This document shows positions 29,120 to 38,000 of a stretch of DNA of 64,000 nucleotides, piece after piece. A model generated the notes under the pieces. The model did not search any database. It had not been told where the DNA came from and saw only the letters and a list, made by a program, of their open reading frames with translations. The position numbers and the translations under genes are program-made. Source of the DNA: an uncultured Chloroflexia bacterium (GTDB lineage: Bacteria > Chloroflexota > Ktedonobacteria > Ktedonobacterales > JADMIN01); assembly GCA_963712005.1 (NCBI GenBank), contig CAVQGK010000024.1, positions 728,600 through 792,599 on the forward strand, read 5' to 3'. Each line of letters starts with the position of its first letter. The first letter of the stretch is position 1.

Positions 29120-30484
29120 ATGAACGATTTCAGTAAGCCGGGACTCTCATCGCCGGAAATCACCCGGCGCTATCTCGCGTATTTCCGCGAGCGCGGTCAC
29201 CTGGCGATCGCGGGCGAGCCACTCACCGCGTCGGAAAGCACCCTGTTCGTGATCGCGGGGATGCAGCCGCTGCTACCATGGCTGCGCGGCCAGACACCAC
29301 CGCCCGCGCCACGCCTGACGGCGATCCAGCGCTGCCTGCGCACGGACGACATGGAAGCCCTCGGAACCAATGGACGCACGCTCAGCAGCTTCAACATGCT
29401 CGGCAACTGGTCCATCGGCGATTACGGCAAACGGGAGGCGATTGGCTTTGCGGACGAGCTGATGAACCTGCTCGGCGTTGATCGCTCGAACGTCTGGGTG
29501 ACGGTCTTTGGCGGGGAACCAGCCTCAGGCCTGCCACCAGACGAGGAGACGGTCGCGGAATGGCGGCGGGTTGGTCAGCCGGAGGAGCGCATTGTGCCAC
29601 TGGGTCCCGTCGACAACTTCTGGACCATGTACGGCCCTGGACCCTGCGGTCCAGATACAGAAATGTTCTTGGATCGCGGCGAGGCGGTGGGCTGTGGTCT
29701 GCCAACCTGCCGTCCGGGCTGCTCGTGCGAGCGCTTCCTGGAGTTCTGGAACCTCGTCTTCATCGAATACGAGTGGCTGCCCGATGGGAGCTACGCGCCC
29801 CTGCCGCTGCGTAGCGTGGATACCGGCATGGGGTTGGAGCGCATCGCGGCGGTGCTCCAGCACAAGATGACACTCTTCGAGACTGACCTGTTCGCGGGCG
29901 CGCACCAGCGTCTGGCGGACCTCGCGCCAGCCGAGGACGATACGCCAGAGCGGCAGCGCGCGCGCCGAGTGATTGTCGACGCGGTACGGTCGGCGCTCTA
30001 CATCAGCCTCGCGGACGTCCTTCCCCGACCGGATGGTCGTGGCTACGTCATCCGGCGGCTGATTCGCCGGGCGGCTCGGCAGGGGCGCATTCTTGGATTA
30101 GAGCGGCCATTCCTCGGCGAGTTGGTATCACCAATAATCGAGCGCGGTGAGGACTTGTTCTCGCCTGACGAGCGCCAGCGCGCGCCATACATTGCAACGT
30201 TGCTGACCGACGAAGAGCGCCGTTTCCAGCATGTGTTGACCACTGGGCTGCGCCTGCTGGATCGGATGAAGCCCGATGCGGGAGGCATCATCTCGGGAGA
30301 GCAGCTGTTCCGGCTGCATGCGGAGCGTGGCTTCCCGGCGGACCTGGCGGCGGAAATTCTCGCCGAACGCGGCATAGCCGTTGACTGGTCCGGCTTCGAG
30401 GCGGCGATGGAGCGCCATCAGACCATCAGCCGGGTCAGCGCGACCACTCGATTCGGCGCGAACGAGCAATTGGTCGGGGAATGA
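29120..30484 (+). CDS. truncated alanine--tRNA ligase (catalytic plus tRNA-recognition domains only, 454 aa)
   Basis: AlaRS motifs FNMLGNWSIGDYGKREAI, FWNLVFIEYE and DTGMGLERIAAVLQ. ATG at 29120 follows GGAAGGAG. The gene ends where bacterial AlaRS normally begins its editing domain. The upstream part of ORF 28844..30484 overlaps the T-box and is not coding. Confidence 0.85.
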   Translation: MNDFSKPGLSSPEITRRYLAYFRERGHLAIAGEPLTASESTLFVIAGMQPLLPWLRGQTPPPAPRLTAIQRCLRTDDMEALGTNGRTLSSFNMLGNWSIGDYGKREAIGFADELMNLLGVDRSNVWVTVFGGEPASGLPPDEETVAEWRRVGQPEERIVPLGPVDNFWTMYGPGPCGPDTEMFLDRGEAVGCGLPTCRPGCSCERFLEFWNLVFIEYEWLPDGSYAPLPLRSVDTGMGLERIAAVLQHKMTLFETDLFAGAHQRLADLAPAEDDTPERQRARRVIVDAVRSALYISLADVLPRPDGRGYVIRRLIRRAARQGRILGLERPFLGELVSPIIERGEDLFSPDERQRAPYIATLLTDEERRFQHVLTTGLRLLDRMKPDAGGIISGEQLFRLHAERGFPADLAAEILAERGIAVDWSGFEAAMERHQTISRVSATTRFGANEQLVGE

Positions 30485-30512
30485 TGCCGCACCCGGCCAT
30501 CGACGCACGTCT

Positions 30513-30542
30513 CATCCCCTCCACGATGCTGTGGAGGGGATG
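30513..30542. terminator. 12-bp hairpin between convergent genes
   Basis: CATCCCCTCCAC, gatgct loop, GTGGAGGGGATG. Confidence 0.55.
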
Positions 30543-30561
30543 CGGGCGGGTGCAAGCACCG

Positions 30562-31923
30562 TCAGCGACCGGGCATATCGGCGACCGGCGCATCGTTGAA
30601 CTGAAGCGTCATCGAGCCGAGTGGCGGCACGCTCTGCAGCAGCGACTGGCTATTCGCCGGGAGCGAGATGAGACCCATGCGCATCTTCAGCAACAGAATC
30701 CGCTCGACCGACTGATCGATGCGCGCCTTGGTGAGGCTGCCGTTGTTGAGCGCACTCTTGAGCGCCGAGATCATCGCCCGCATCTGCGAGGCATTCCAGG
30801 GACCAAGCAACATATCGCAGCCAGCCTCAACTGCCATGACGCCAGCCTGTGGCATACTCCATTTGTTCGAGATGCCATCCATGTAAAGCGCATCGGTCAT
30901 CACGACACCATTAAAGCCAAGCTCATTGCGCAAGACACCCGTGATGATGTTCGGAGACAACTCCGCAGGCAGCACCGGATCCAGGGCGGGCATCAGCAGG
31001 TCGGTGGTCATCACCATCTGAACCTTCCCGGCATCGATCATTGCGCGGTAGGGCGCCAGCTCCACCGATTCGATCTGATCGCGCGTGCGGTTGATAACTG
31101 GCAGGCTCAGGTGCGCGTCTTCCAGAGCGTCACCCAGTCCAGGGAAGTGCTTCAACGTGCCCACCACGCCGTTATCCTGCAAGCCGTCGAGGTATGCGCC
31201 CGCCATTTTGGTGACGGAGTCGGCTGTCGAGCCATAGGTGCGGCACAGCAGATCCCGGCCATTGACCAGCTTCACATCCACATCGGGAGCAAGGTCAACA
31301 TTGAAGCCGAGGGCCGTCATATCCTGCGCCATCTTGGCGCCCTGCTGATAGGCGTAGGTCGTCGAGCCAGTGGCGCCAATCTGCGGCGCGCCCGGATGGG
31401 GGCCGTAGATTTGTGTCAGCCGGTCAACGCAGCCGCCCTCTTCATCCACCGTCACCAGCAGGGGGATTTTGACATGCGCCTGGGAGGCCGCGATCAACGC
31501 CTGAGTCTGCTTGGCGTCGTGCATACTGAAGGCGTAGAGGATAATGCCGCCTGCGTGCATCTGCTCGATCATCGCCGCATTGTTCGCGTTGAAGTCAGTG
31601 CCGACATACTCGGCAACGAAAAGCTGGCCCAGCTCCTCATCGAGCGACATCTTACTGATGATCTGATCGGCATATTCGGCAATCGTCTGTACGCGCTGGC
31701 GATCATAGTGTCGCGGTATGAGAAGGGTCGAGTTCGTGGATGTAGGGCCGCGCTGATCGGCTTGAGCAAGAATGGCTTTCTCAGTAAGTGCTATAGGAGC
31801 ATTCGATCCGCATGCGTTCATGACAAAGATAATGGCCAGTAAGAATACCGACGCCGCCAGGTGAACGATCTGCATCCGGCCCAAAGGACGCCTGGACTGG
31901 TGTGAAACTGCACCCTGCCCCAT
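30562..31923 (-). CDS. glycoside hydrolase family 3 (NagZ-like beta-N-acetylhexosaminidase) lipoprotein
   Basis: KHFPGLGDA, GFNGVVMTDAL, and lipobox VMNACGSN. Confidence 0.85.
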   Translation of the reverse strand: MGQGAVSHQSRRPLGRMQIVHLAASVFLLAIIFVMNACGSNAPIALTEKAILAQADQRGPTSTNSTLLIPRHYDRQRVQTIAEYADQIISKMSLDEELGQLFVAEYVGTDFNANNAAMIEQMHAGGIILYAFSMHDAKQTQALIAASQAHVKIPLLVTVDEEGGCVDRLTQIYGPHPGAPQIGATGSTTYAYQQGAKMAQDMTALGFNVDLAPDVDVKLVNGRDLLCRTYGSTADSVTKMAGAYLDGLQDNGVVGTLKHFPGLGDALEDAHLSLPVINRTRDQIESVELAPYRAMIDAGKVQMVMTTDLLMPALDPVLPAELSPNIITGVLRNELGFNGVVMTDALYMDGISNKWSMPQAGVMAVEAGCDMLLGPWNASQMRAMISALKSALNNGSLTKARIDQSVERILLLKMRMGLISLPANSQSLLQSVPPLGSMTLQFNDAPVADMPGR

Positions 31924-32321
31924 AGAACTCTTCCCCTCAAAGAGAGCGACTCTGCGCCGCTTTCATCGCATACATCATAGAAGACGAATGAAGTTGCCTT
32001 CCACGGCAAGGGAACGCCATAAATTGTGCGCAAGTACCCGCTTTTCTGTAGATCTCGAGGAGAAGAGGCAAATGCCTCGGTTGATTGGCGCCATGTTAAC
32101 GCTGCGAGTTCCACATCCTTATGACCTTCGCGAAGGCCGCATGTGGTGTTCATGGGATTGCGTGAGAGTGCTTGATTATGCACGGGCGACGAGTCGAGAG
32201 AGCCGGGGAATACGATTCCTGCCGCCGCGCGCTGTTGTGCTTACAATTAGTGAGACGCTCCGCAGCGATGGCGAGTAACCGAAGCAGCGTATTTGGTTGG
32301 TATCCCTGGCACGTTTTCGAG

Positions 32322-32684
32322 CTAGAAGAGCCGGGCCCCCAGTGGCACATCTGAACGCGGGGCAATCAATACCACCGCGCCCGCATCATCGGCGAGGCCC
32401 AGCGTCAGCACCTCGGAGCGAAAGCCCGCAATCCGACGCGGCGGAAAGTTGACGACCGCCAGCACCAGTTGCCCGATCAACCCCTCCGGCCGGTAGTGCT
32501 CGGTGATCTGCGCGCTCGACTGGCGCACGCCAATTTCCGGGCCAAAGTCTATGCGTAGCGCATAGGCGGGCTTGCGCGCGCCTTTCAACGGCTCCGCCGC
32601 CTCCACGCGCCCGACCCGAATATCCACACGCTGGAACGCCTCAATGTTAATTTCGCCCGGCCTGCTGGCCGCCTCATCCGACAT
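32322..32684 (-). CDS. tRNA-binding (EMAP/CsaA-type OB fold) protein
   Basis: FQRVDIRVGRVEAAEP...LVLAVVNFPPRRIAGFRSEVL. Confidence 0.8.
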   Translation of the reverse strand: MSDEAASRPGEINIEAFQRVDIRVGRVEAAEPLKGARKPAYALRIDFGPEIGVRQSSAQITEHYRPEGLIGQLVLAVVNFPPRRIAGFRSEVLTLGLADDAGAVVLIAPRSDVPLGARLF

Positions 32685-32723
32685 TCCTCGACTACTCCTG
32701 ACTTAGCATGGTACCAGACAGTA

Positions 32724-34403
32724 CTATGGCGCTGGTATGGTTTCCGTTATCGTCGGCGAGACCGCGTCCTCAAGCAGACTGCCATCGGCAAGCTCCCAGC
32801 GCGCGCCGTCGAAGCGGTTCAGCAGCCAGCGGTCGTGCGTAATCAGCAGGACAGGACCAGCGAAGGCCAGCACCGCCGCCTCGAACGCCTCCAAAACATC
32901 CAGGCTCACATAGTTCGACGGCTCATCCAGGAGCAAGACGTTCGGGCCGAGCGCCAGTAGCCGCGCCAGCTCGACCTTGCGCTTTTGGCCAGGGCTGAGT
33001 TGCGCAACGGTTTTCGCCAGGTCTTCCAGGTGAAAGAGGCCATTACCAAGAATTCCAGCGACGAGATTTGACTCGTAGCCTTCCAGACCCTCGCGGTACG
33101 CCTCGAAGACCGTGCGCTCGCCGCTGCCGACCGCTGGCTCCTGCGGCAGATAGCCGATACGCGCGCCCGGAGCCAACCGCACGCTTCCCTCGTCGGGTGA
33201 CTCCAGCCCTAACAGGATGCGCAGCAGCGTCGTCTTACCCGCGCCATTCGGCCCAACCAGCGCAATCCGCGACTCGGGCAACACCGTCAGGCTAACATCG
33301 TGCAAGACCTGGCGGTCGCCATAGCGCTTGCTGACGTGCTCCATCCGTACAATAGCATTCACGCGCAATGCCTCGGCGAGAAACTTCGGCTGGAAGCGCA
33401 TCAAGCGGGGCGGCTTGGGAATCGGGTCAGCCTCGATGCGACGCAATTGCTCTTCAGCGGCGCGTACGTTGCGCGAGACGGCATCCGCCACCCACTCGCC
33501 CTTGCCCTTATACGCCAGCTTATCGTTGTCTTTTGGCTTGCGATTGTGGGCCACCTGCCGCGCCGACTCGCGGATGCGTTTGCGCAGGTCTTTCATCTCC
33601 TCCTGCTGGCGCGCGAACGACTCTTCCCAGGCTTCGCGCTCGGCCGCATTGGCCTGCTGGTAGGCATCGTAATCGCCCTCATAGCGCTTGAGCTTATGAG
33701 TGTACTCATCGATCTCGAAGATGCGGTTGACGCTGCGATTGAGAAACTGTCGGTCATGCGAGACCATCAGCGCCGCGCCCGCATACGCGGCAAGATAGTC
33801 TTCGAGCCAGGCCAGGCTGGCGGCGTCGAGATGGCTCGTCGGCTCATCCAGCAGCAGCACATCCGGCGCGCGGAGCAAGAGCAGCGCCAGCCCAACCCGC
33901 GCCCGCTCGCCACCAGAGAGCGTCCCCAGATCGCGCGAGCGCGGCAGGTAGTTGAGGCGCAGACCCGCGAGGATAGCGTCCATGCGCGCCTCCATCTCGT
34001 AACCGCCGCGATCCTGAAACTGGCTGGCGAGCTGCCCGTACTCCGCCAGGAGTCCGTCGAGCGCGTCACCGCTGGCGCCTGCCATCGCCACTTCCAGCGC
34101 GCGCATGCGCGCCTCGATGGAGCGCAGCCCGCCCAGCGCAGCGGCCAGCAGCCCGTCAACCGTGTGGCCAGCGATATTGGGCAGCGTCTGCGACAGATAG
34201 CCCATCTCCGCCGAGGTGGCGCGCTGGATCTCTCCGCTATCGGCTGTTTCCTCGCCCGTGATGATACGCATCAACGTGGATTTGCCTGCGCCATTCGCGC
34301 CGACAAGCCCTACGTGCTCGCCGGATTCAAGCGCGAACGTGACACGATCGAGCACGGTAACAGCGCCATAGGTTTTGGAGATATTGCGAACGGTCAACAA
34401 CAT
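32724..34403 (-). CDS. ABC-F family ATPase (two ABC domains, no TMD)
   Basis: Two Walker A motifs (GANGAGKST, GPNGAGKTT), two signature motifs (LSGGERA, LSPGQKRK), and a charged inter-domain linker. ATG at 34403; the ORF-track 5' extension is unlikely to be real. Confidence 0.88.
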   Translation of the reverse strand: MLLTVRNISKTYGAVTVLDRVTFALESGEHVGLVGANGAGKSTLMRIITGEETADSGEIQRATSAEMGYLSQTLPNIAGHTVDGLLAAALGGLRSIEARMRALEVAMAGASGDALDGLLAEYGQLASQFQDRGGYEMEARMDAILAGLRLNYLPRSRDLGTLSGGERARVGLALLLLRAPDVLLLDEPTSHLDAASLAWLEDYLAAYAGAALMVSHDRQFLNRSVNRIFEIDEYTHKLKRYEGDYDAYQQANAAEREAWEESFARQQEEMKDLRKRIRESARQVAHNRKPKDNDKLAYKGKGEWVADAVSRNVRAAEEQLRRIEADPIPKPPRLMRFQPKFLAEALRVNAIVRMEHVSKRYGDRQVLHDVSLTVLPESRIALVGPNGAGKTTLLRILLGLESPDEGSVRLAPGARIGYLPQEPAVGSGERTVFEAYREGLEGYESNLVAGILGNGLFHLEDLAKTVAQLSPGQKRKVELARLLALGPNVLLLDEPSNYVSLDVLEAFEAAVLAFAGPVLLITHDRWLLNRFDGARWELADGSLLEDAVSPTITETIPAP

Positions 34404-34730
34404 ATGAGGTGATCCCCCTTCGCCACGCTGACGGAACGGGGTGTCCTGGGTGGGATGTGCGTCTGCGTCAGGGGCCGGAAGAAATCGCGCTGAAGTAGGG
34501 AGTTCGTGACCGGCAAGGAAGCACACGCGCTGCCCAGACAACCCGGCAAAACAGGTCTCAGGCAGAGTAACCGGTCAGGGGATGAGATGAGGTCGAGAAT
34601 AATCAACAAGGCACGCGGGCAGATTATGTCGCCGCGTATGGATTGCTCATCAACCGCCGGTTAGCGTGTGTATTCCATCGGTTCACCTCCAACGCGCATT
34701 GTATGCGACGATTGGGTTTGGCGCAACCTT

Positions 34731-36029
34731 CTACTCGCTGAGCGCCAGCCGCTTCGCGAGTCCATTCGCCAGCCTGATGCTGTAGTTCTGGCCGCGGTCC
34801 TGCGGGTAGACCTGGAACATGTTGGCAAGGTAGAGGCCAGGCAACGGCGTCTCGTGCGGCGGGATGTGCGCGCGATAGTCGCGGGTGACGATGGGCTGTG
34901 CGAAGGGCGCGGCGAATCCCCATACATTGGTGATCCAGTCGCGCGAGAACGCCGGATTGAGCCGCTGGAGATAGGGCGCGAACTGATCCAGCGCCTCTTC
35001 TGGCGTTGCGCGCATCAGTGGATGGTCCATTGGCAGGTAGTTGCCGAGGTAGAGCAGATGCTTCCCGCCATACTCATCCGCCGAGATATAGTTGGTGTGC
35101 TCGACCGCCGCCAGGAACGGATAGCCCTCATCGGCGATACTCAGCCAGTAGACATCCTTCATCAGTTGGCGATCCAGCGCCAGAATCAGGCAGTGCGCGC
35201 CATAGGCCAGCCCCCAGTCGTAGCGCGCGCGGAAGTCGGCGGGCAGATCGGGCACGACACGGAAGGTCACCCGCGTCGGCAGCGTCGAGACGACCCGCGC
35301 GAAACGCTCCTCGCCCGCAGCCGTCGTCACCAGCCAGTCCCCGCTGTTGGTCGGGCGTGCGGAATCTACCGTCACGCCGAGCCGCACCTCGCCGCCGCGC
35401 GTCTGGATGCCCGCGACCAGCGCCTCATAGACCTGCTGAAAGCCACCGCGCAGATAGCCCAGCGCAGCGGTGCGGCAATGAATGCGCGCCCAGAACCAGG
35501 GCATCGCGATCTCGTCGGCATAAGAGCCGAACTTGCCACGAAAGAGCGGCTCGAAGGCGAGCGAATAGGCGCGCGGGCCAAGCCAGCGCCGTAGCCACGA
35601 CGACGCGGTGACGCCTTCTAGCGGATCCGCGGTGGGCAGCGCCTTCATCAGCGCGGCAACGGCCCCGAGCCGCAGGCGGTCAGCAACTGGCAGTGGCGAG
35701 AATTGCAGAACTGGCAGCGCCCCATCCAGCCGCCAGGGCTTGCCGTCGATCAGTGAGCTGGTGTTGGGATGGCCCCAGTAGAGCTTCTCCGCCAACCCAA
35801 GTTCGCCTATGAGGGCAATGGCATCGCGGTCCGTGCGAAAGAGGTGATGGTAGAATTTTTCCAGCCACGGACCGCCCTGCGAATCGCCGACGCGGAACCC
35901 CGCCGCCAGACCGCCAGCCACTGGTTCGCGCTCATAGACCACCACGCGCTCGCCCGCGCTCGCCAGCCGCCACGCCAGCGTCAGCCCCAGCGCGCCGCCG
36001 CCGAGAATCGCCGTGCCATTGCTCGTCAT
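34731..36029 (-). CDS. FAD/NAD(P)-binding oxidoreductase (amine oxidase / phytoene desaturase superfamily)
   Basis: Dinucleotide-binding motif AILGGGALGLTLAWRLASAGERVVVYE at the proposed N-terminus (ATG 36029). Confidence 0.7.
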   Translation of the reverse strand: MTSNGTAILGGGALGLTLAWRLASAGERVVVYEREPVAGGLAAGFRVGDSQGGPWLEKFYHHLFRTDRDAIALIGELGLAEKLYWGHPNTSSLIDGKPWRLDGALPVLQFSPLPVADRLRLGAVAALMKALPTADPLEGVTASSWLRRWLGPRAYSLAFEPLFRGKFGSYADEIAMPWFWARIHCRTAALGYLRGGFQQVYEALVAGIQTRGGEVRLGVTVDSARPTNSGDWLVTTAAGEERFARVVSTLPTRVTFRVVPDLPADFRARYDWGLAYGAHCLILALDRQLMKDVYWLSIADEGYPFLAAVEHTNYISADEYGGKHLLYLGNYLPMDHPLMRATPEEALDQFAPYLQRLNPAFSRDWITNVWGFAAPFAQPIVTRDYRAHIPPHETPLPGLYLANMFQVYPQDRGQNYSIRLANGLAKRLALSE

Positions 36030-36090
36030 CGTGCCTCTTCTAGCCTTCAGCCAATCCATCTTATCCATACGTGCCGGACTCGCCGGGGCT

Positions 36091-37524
36091 TCATCCCCCG
36101 CTGCCGCCCGGCCTCTCCAGCATATCACGCGGCACGGGGCTGCTTGTGGCGTCGATAGCCGACGGCGCCGAATAGCAGTAGCAGAGCAGGCCAAGTATTC
36201 CCAGCGTGCCGAGCGCGCGCAGACTAAGCAGGAGCGGTCGGAGCGGCAGTCCCAGATAGGTCGTCACGGCGGGCGAGGCCGTTGTATCCCATTGATAGGG
36301 CAGCGCAACGATAAGCATAGAGCAGCAGAGCGCCGCGAAGAGCGGTAACGCGATCCGCCAGAAACCCCGATGCCTAGGGATCCATAGCACGGCCAGCGCC
36401 AACGCGACGGCAGCGGCGGGCAGCGCCCAGACGTAGTGATGCACCCAGACGGTTGGCCAGAGGATGACCATCACGCAGAGCGCCATGCCATAACCCGCTG
36501 CATCCTTCTCGTGATCGGCCACCGCGACACCCACTGGACGCCAGCGCCGCCAGAGAACGGATCCAACGGCCAGCCCAAACGCAAGCAATACCACATACTC
36601 CAGCGCGCGAAAGAGCGATTGCGCGCCGGGGAATGTGATAGAAAGCGTGCCTACAAGCGCCCCCAGCAACGCCTCGTTATGCCCAAGGCTCGCGTCCGAT
36701 GCGCCCACGTGCAGCGCCTGCCCGACCGACGCCAGCGCCACACCCGGGCCAACCACGACGACGCACAGCAACACGAGTCCGGCAAGTCCAGCCAGCCCGG
36801 CAAAGACCGCCTGCCAGCGTCGCCGCAGCGCAAAGTAGAGCAGCAGGATGGCGGGCGTAAACTTGAGCATTGCGGCGATGGCGATCAGCATGCCAACCGA
36901 GCGGAAATGTCCGCGCCGCTCCAGTTCGGGCACGAGCGCCAGCGGCAGTAATACCAGCAGGTTTAACTGCCCCGTCAACGCGGTCTGTATCGCTGGCTCG
37001 CTGGGCAGGCAAAGCAGAAGCGCAAGCGCGAGCGCCACGAAGGGAACGGGATTGGCGAGCGTGTTCGTGAGCGTTCGCTTCTGGCCAGTGTCCAGATGGA
37101 TACGGCCGCTCAGCAGTAGCGCAATTTCGCGCGCCAGCACCACTGCGACCGCCAGCCAGAGCGCACAATTCAGCGCCAGCCAGAGCGCCGCCACAGTCTT
37201 GAACGGCAGCACAGTGAAGGGGCTCAGCAGGATGGCGAACAGTGGCGGATAGGTATAGGGTAGCGGCGGACTGACGAAGGTGTGAGCGGCCGCTCCCGCC
37301 CGCGCCAGCACATTTGCGTCGTAGATGTTGGCGTGGACAACGTGCCGGAGCGCCCAGGCGGCGGCGTAGTAGGTCGAGAAGTCATAGCGCCCGCCTACAC
37401 GCAGCATCGAGACTGCCCCCATCGCCCATGTGATGAGCGTGACTGCGCACACGGCCAGCGCTATCAGGCTGACCGCGATCCGCACGCGTATCTGCCGGTG
37501 GTGCGAGGCTGTCGTCTCCAGCAT
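36091..37524 (-). CDS. polytopic membrane glycosyltransferase, GT87/DUF2029-like
   Basis: YDFSTYYAAAWAL...YTYPPLFAILLSPF, then about 10 TM helices. The start is at ATG 37524 or 37539. Confidence 0.6.
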   Translation of the reverse strand: MLETTASHHRQIRVRIAVSLIALAVCAVTLITWAMGAVSMLRVGGRYDFSTYYAAAWALRHVVHANIYDANVLARAGAAAHTFVSPPLPYTYPPLFAILLSPFTVLPFKTVAALWLALNCALWLAVAVVLAREIALLLSGRIHLDTGQKRTLTNTLANPVPFVALALALLLCLPSEPAIQTALTGQLNLLVLLPLALVPELERRGHFRSVGMLIAIAAMLKFTPAILLLYFALRRRWQAVFAGLAGLAGLVLLCVVVVGPGVALASVGQALHVGASDASLGHNEALLGALVGTLSITFPGAQSLFRALEYVVLLAFGLAVGSVLWRRWRPVGVAVADHEKDAAGYGMALCVMVILWPTVWVHHYVWALPAAAVALALAVLWIPRHRGFWRIALPLFAALCCSMLIVALPYQWDTTASPAVTTYLGLPLRPLLLSLRALGTLGILGLLCYCYSAPSAIDATSSPVPRDMLERPGGSGG

Positions 37525-37679
37525 ATGCTCGCCTTTCATCACAGCTTCCCGCCAGAGTATTGAGCATGTCAGCGCAAGATGCAATTGTCTCGCCACGCCT
37601 CGCACAGATGTAGTATGCTCTTAGTACGACATATGCGGAAATCGCGCACGCCGAGGGCGACCGGACAGGAGATAGCAAC

Positions 37680-38000
37680 ATGGCGCGGATGGTACATTGT
37701 GTCAAACTGGGCCGGGAGCTGCCAGGGCTGGAGAAACCACCTGTCCCCGGCGAGCTTGGCCAGCGCATCTATGACAACGTCTCTCAGGAGGCCTGGGAGA
37801 TGTGGCAGGAACATTCTCGCCTGCTCATCAACCATTATGGGCTGAATCTAGCCGACCCCGACGCTCGCCAGATTCTCCGCCAGGAGATGGAAAAGTTCTT
37901 CTTCGGCGAGGATGCGGCGATGCCTGAGGGCTGGGTTCCTGAAGGGGCTGGCGGCGCAAAGGGCAAGGGCGGCGCACCTGCCGCGCCTGCGAAGAAATGA
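37680..38000 (+). CDS. YggX-family Fe(II)-trafficking / oxidative-damage protection protein
   Basis: VHCVKLGRELPGLEKPPVPGELGQRIYDNVSQEAWEMWQEHSRLLINHYGLNL matches the YggX pattern, with an added Gly/Ala/Lys tail. Confidence 0.8.
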   Translation: MARMVHCVKLGRELPGLEKPPVPGELGQRIYDNVSQEAWEMWQEHSRLLINHYGLNLADPDARQILRQEMEKFFFGEDAAMPEGWVPEGAGGAKGKGGAPAAPAKK

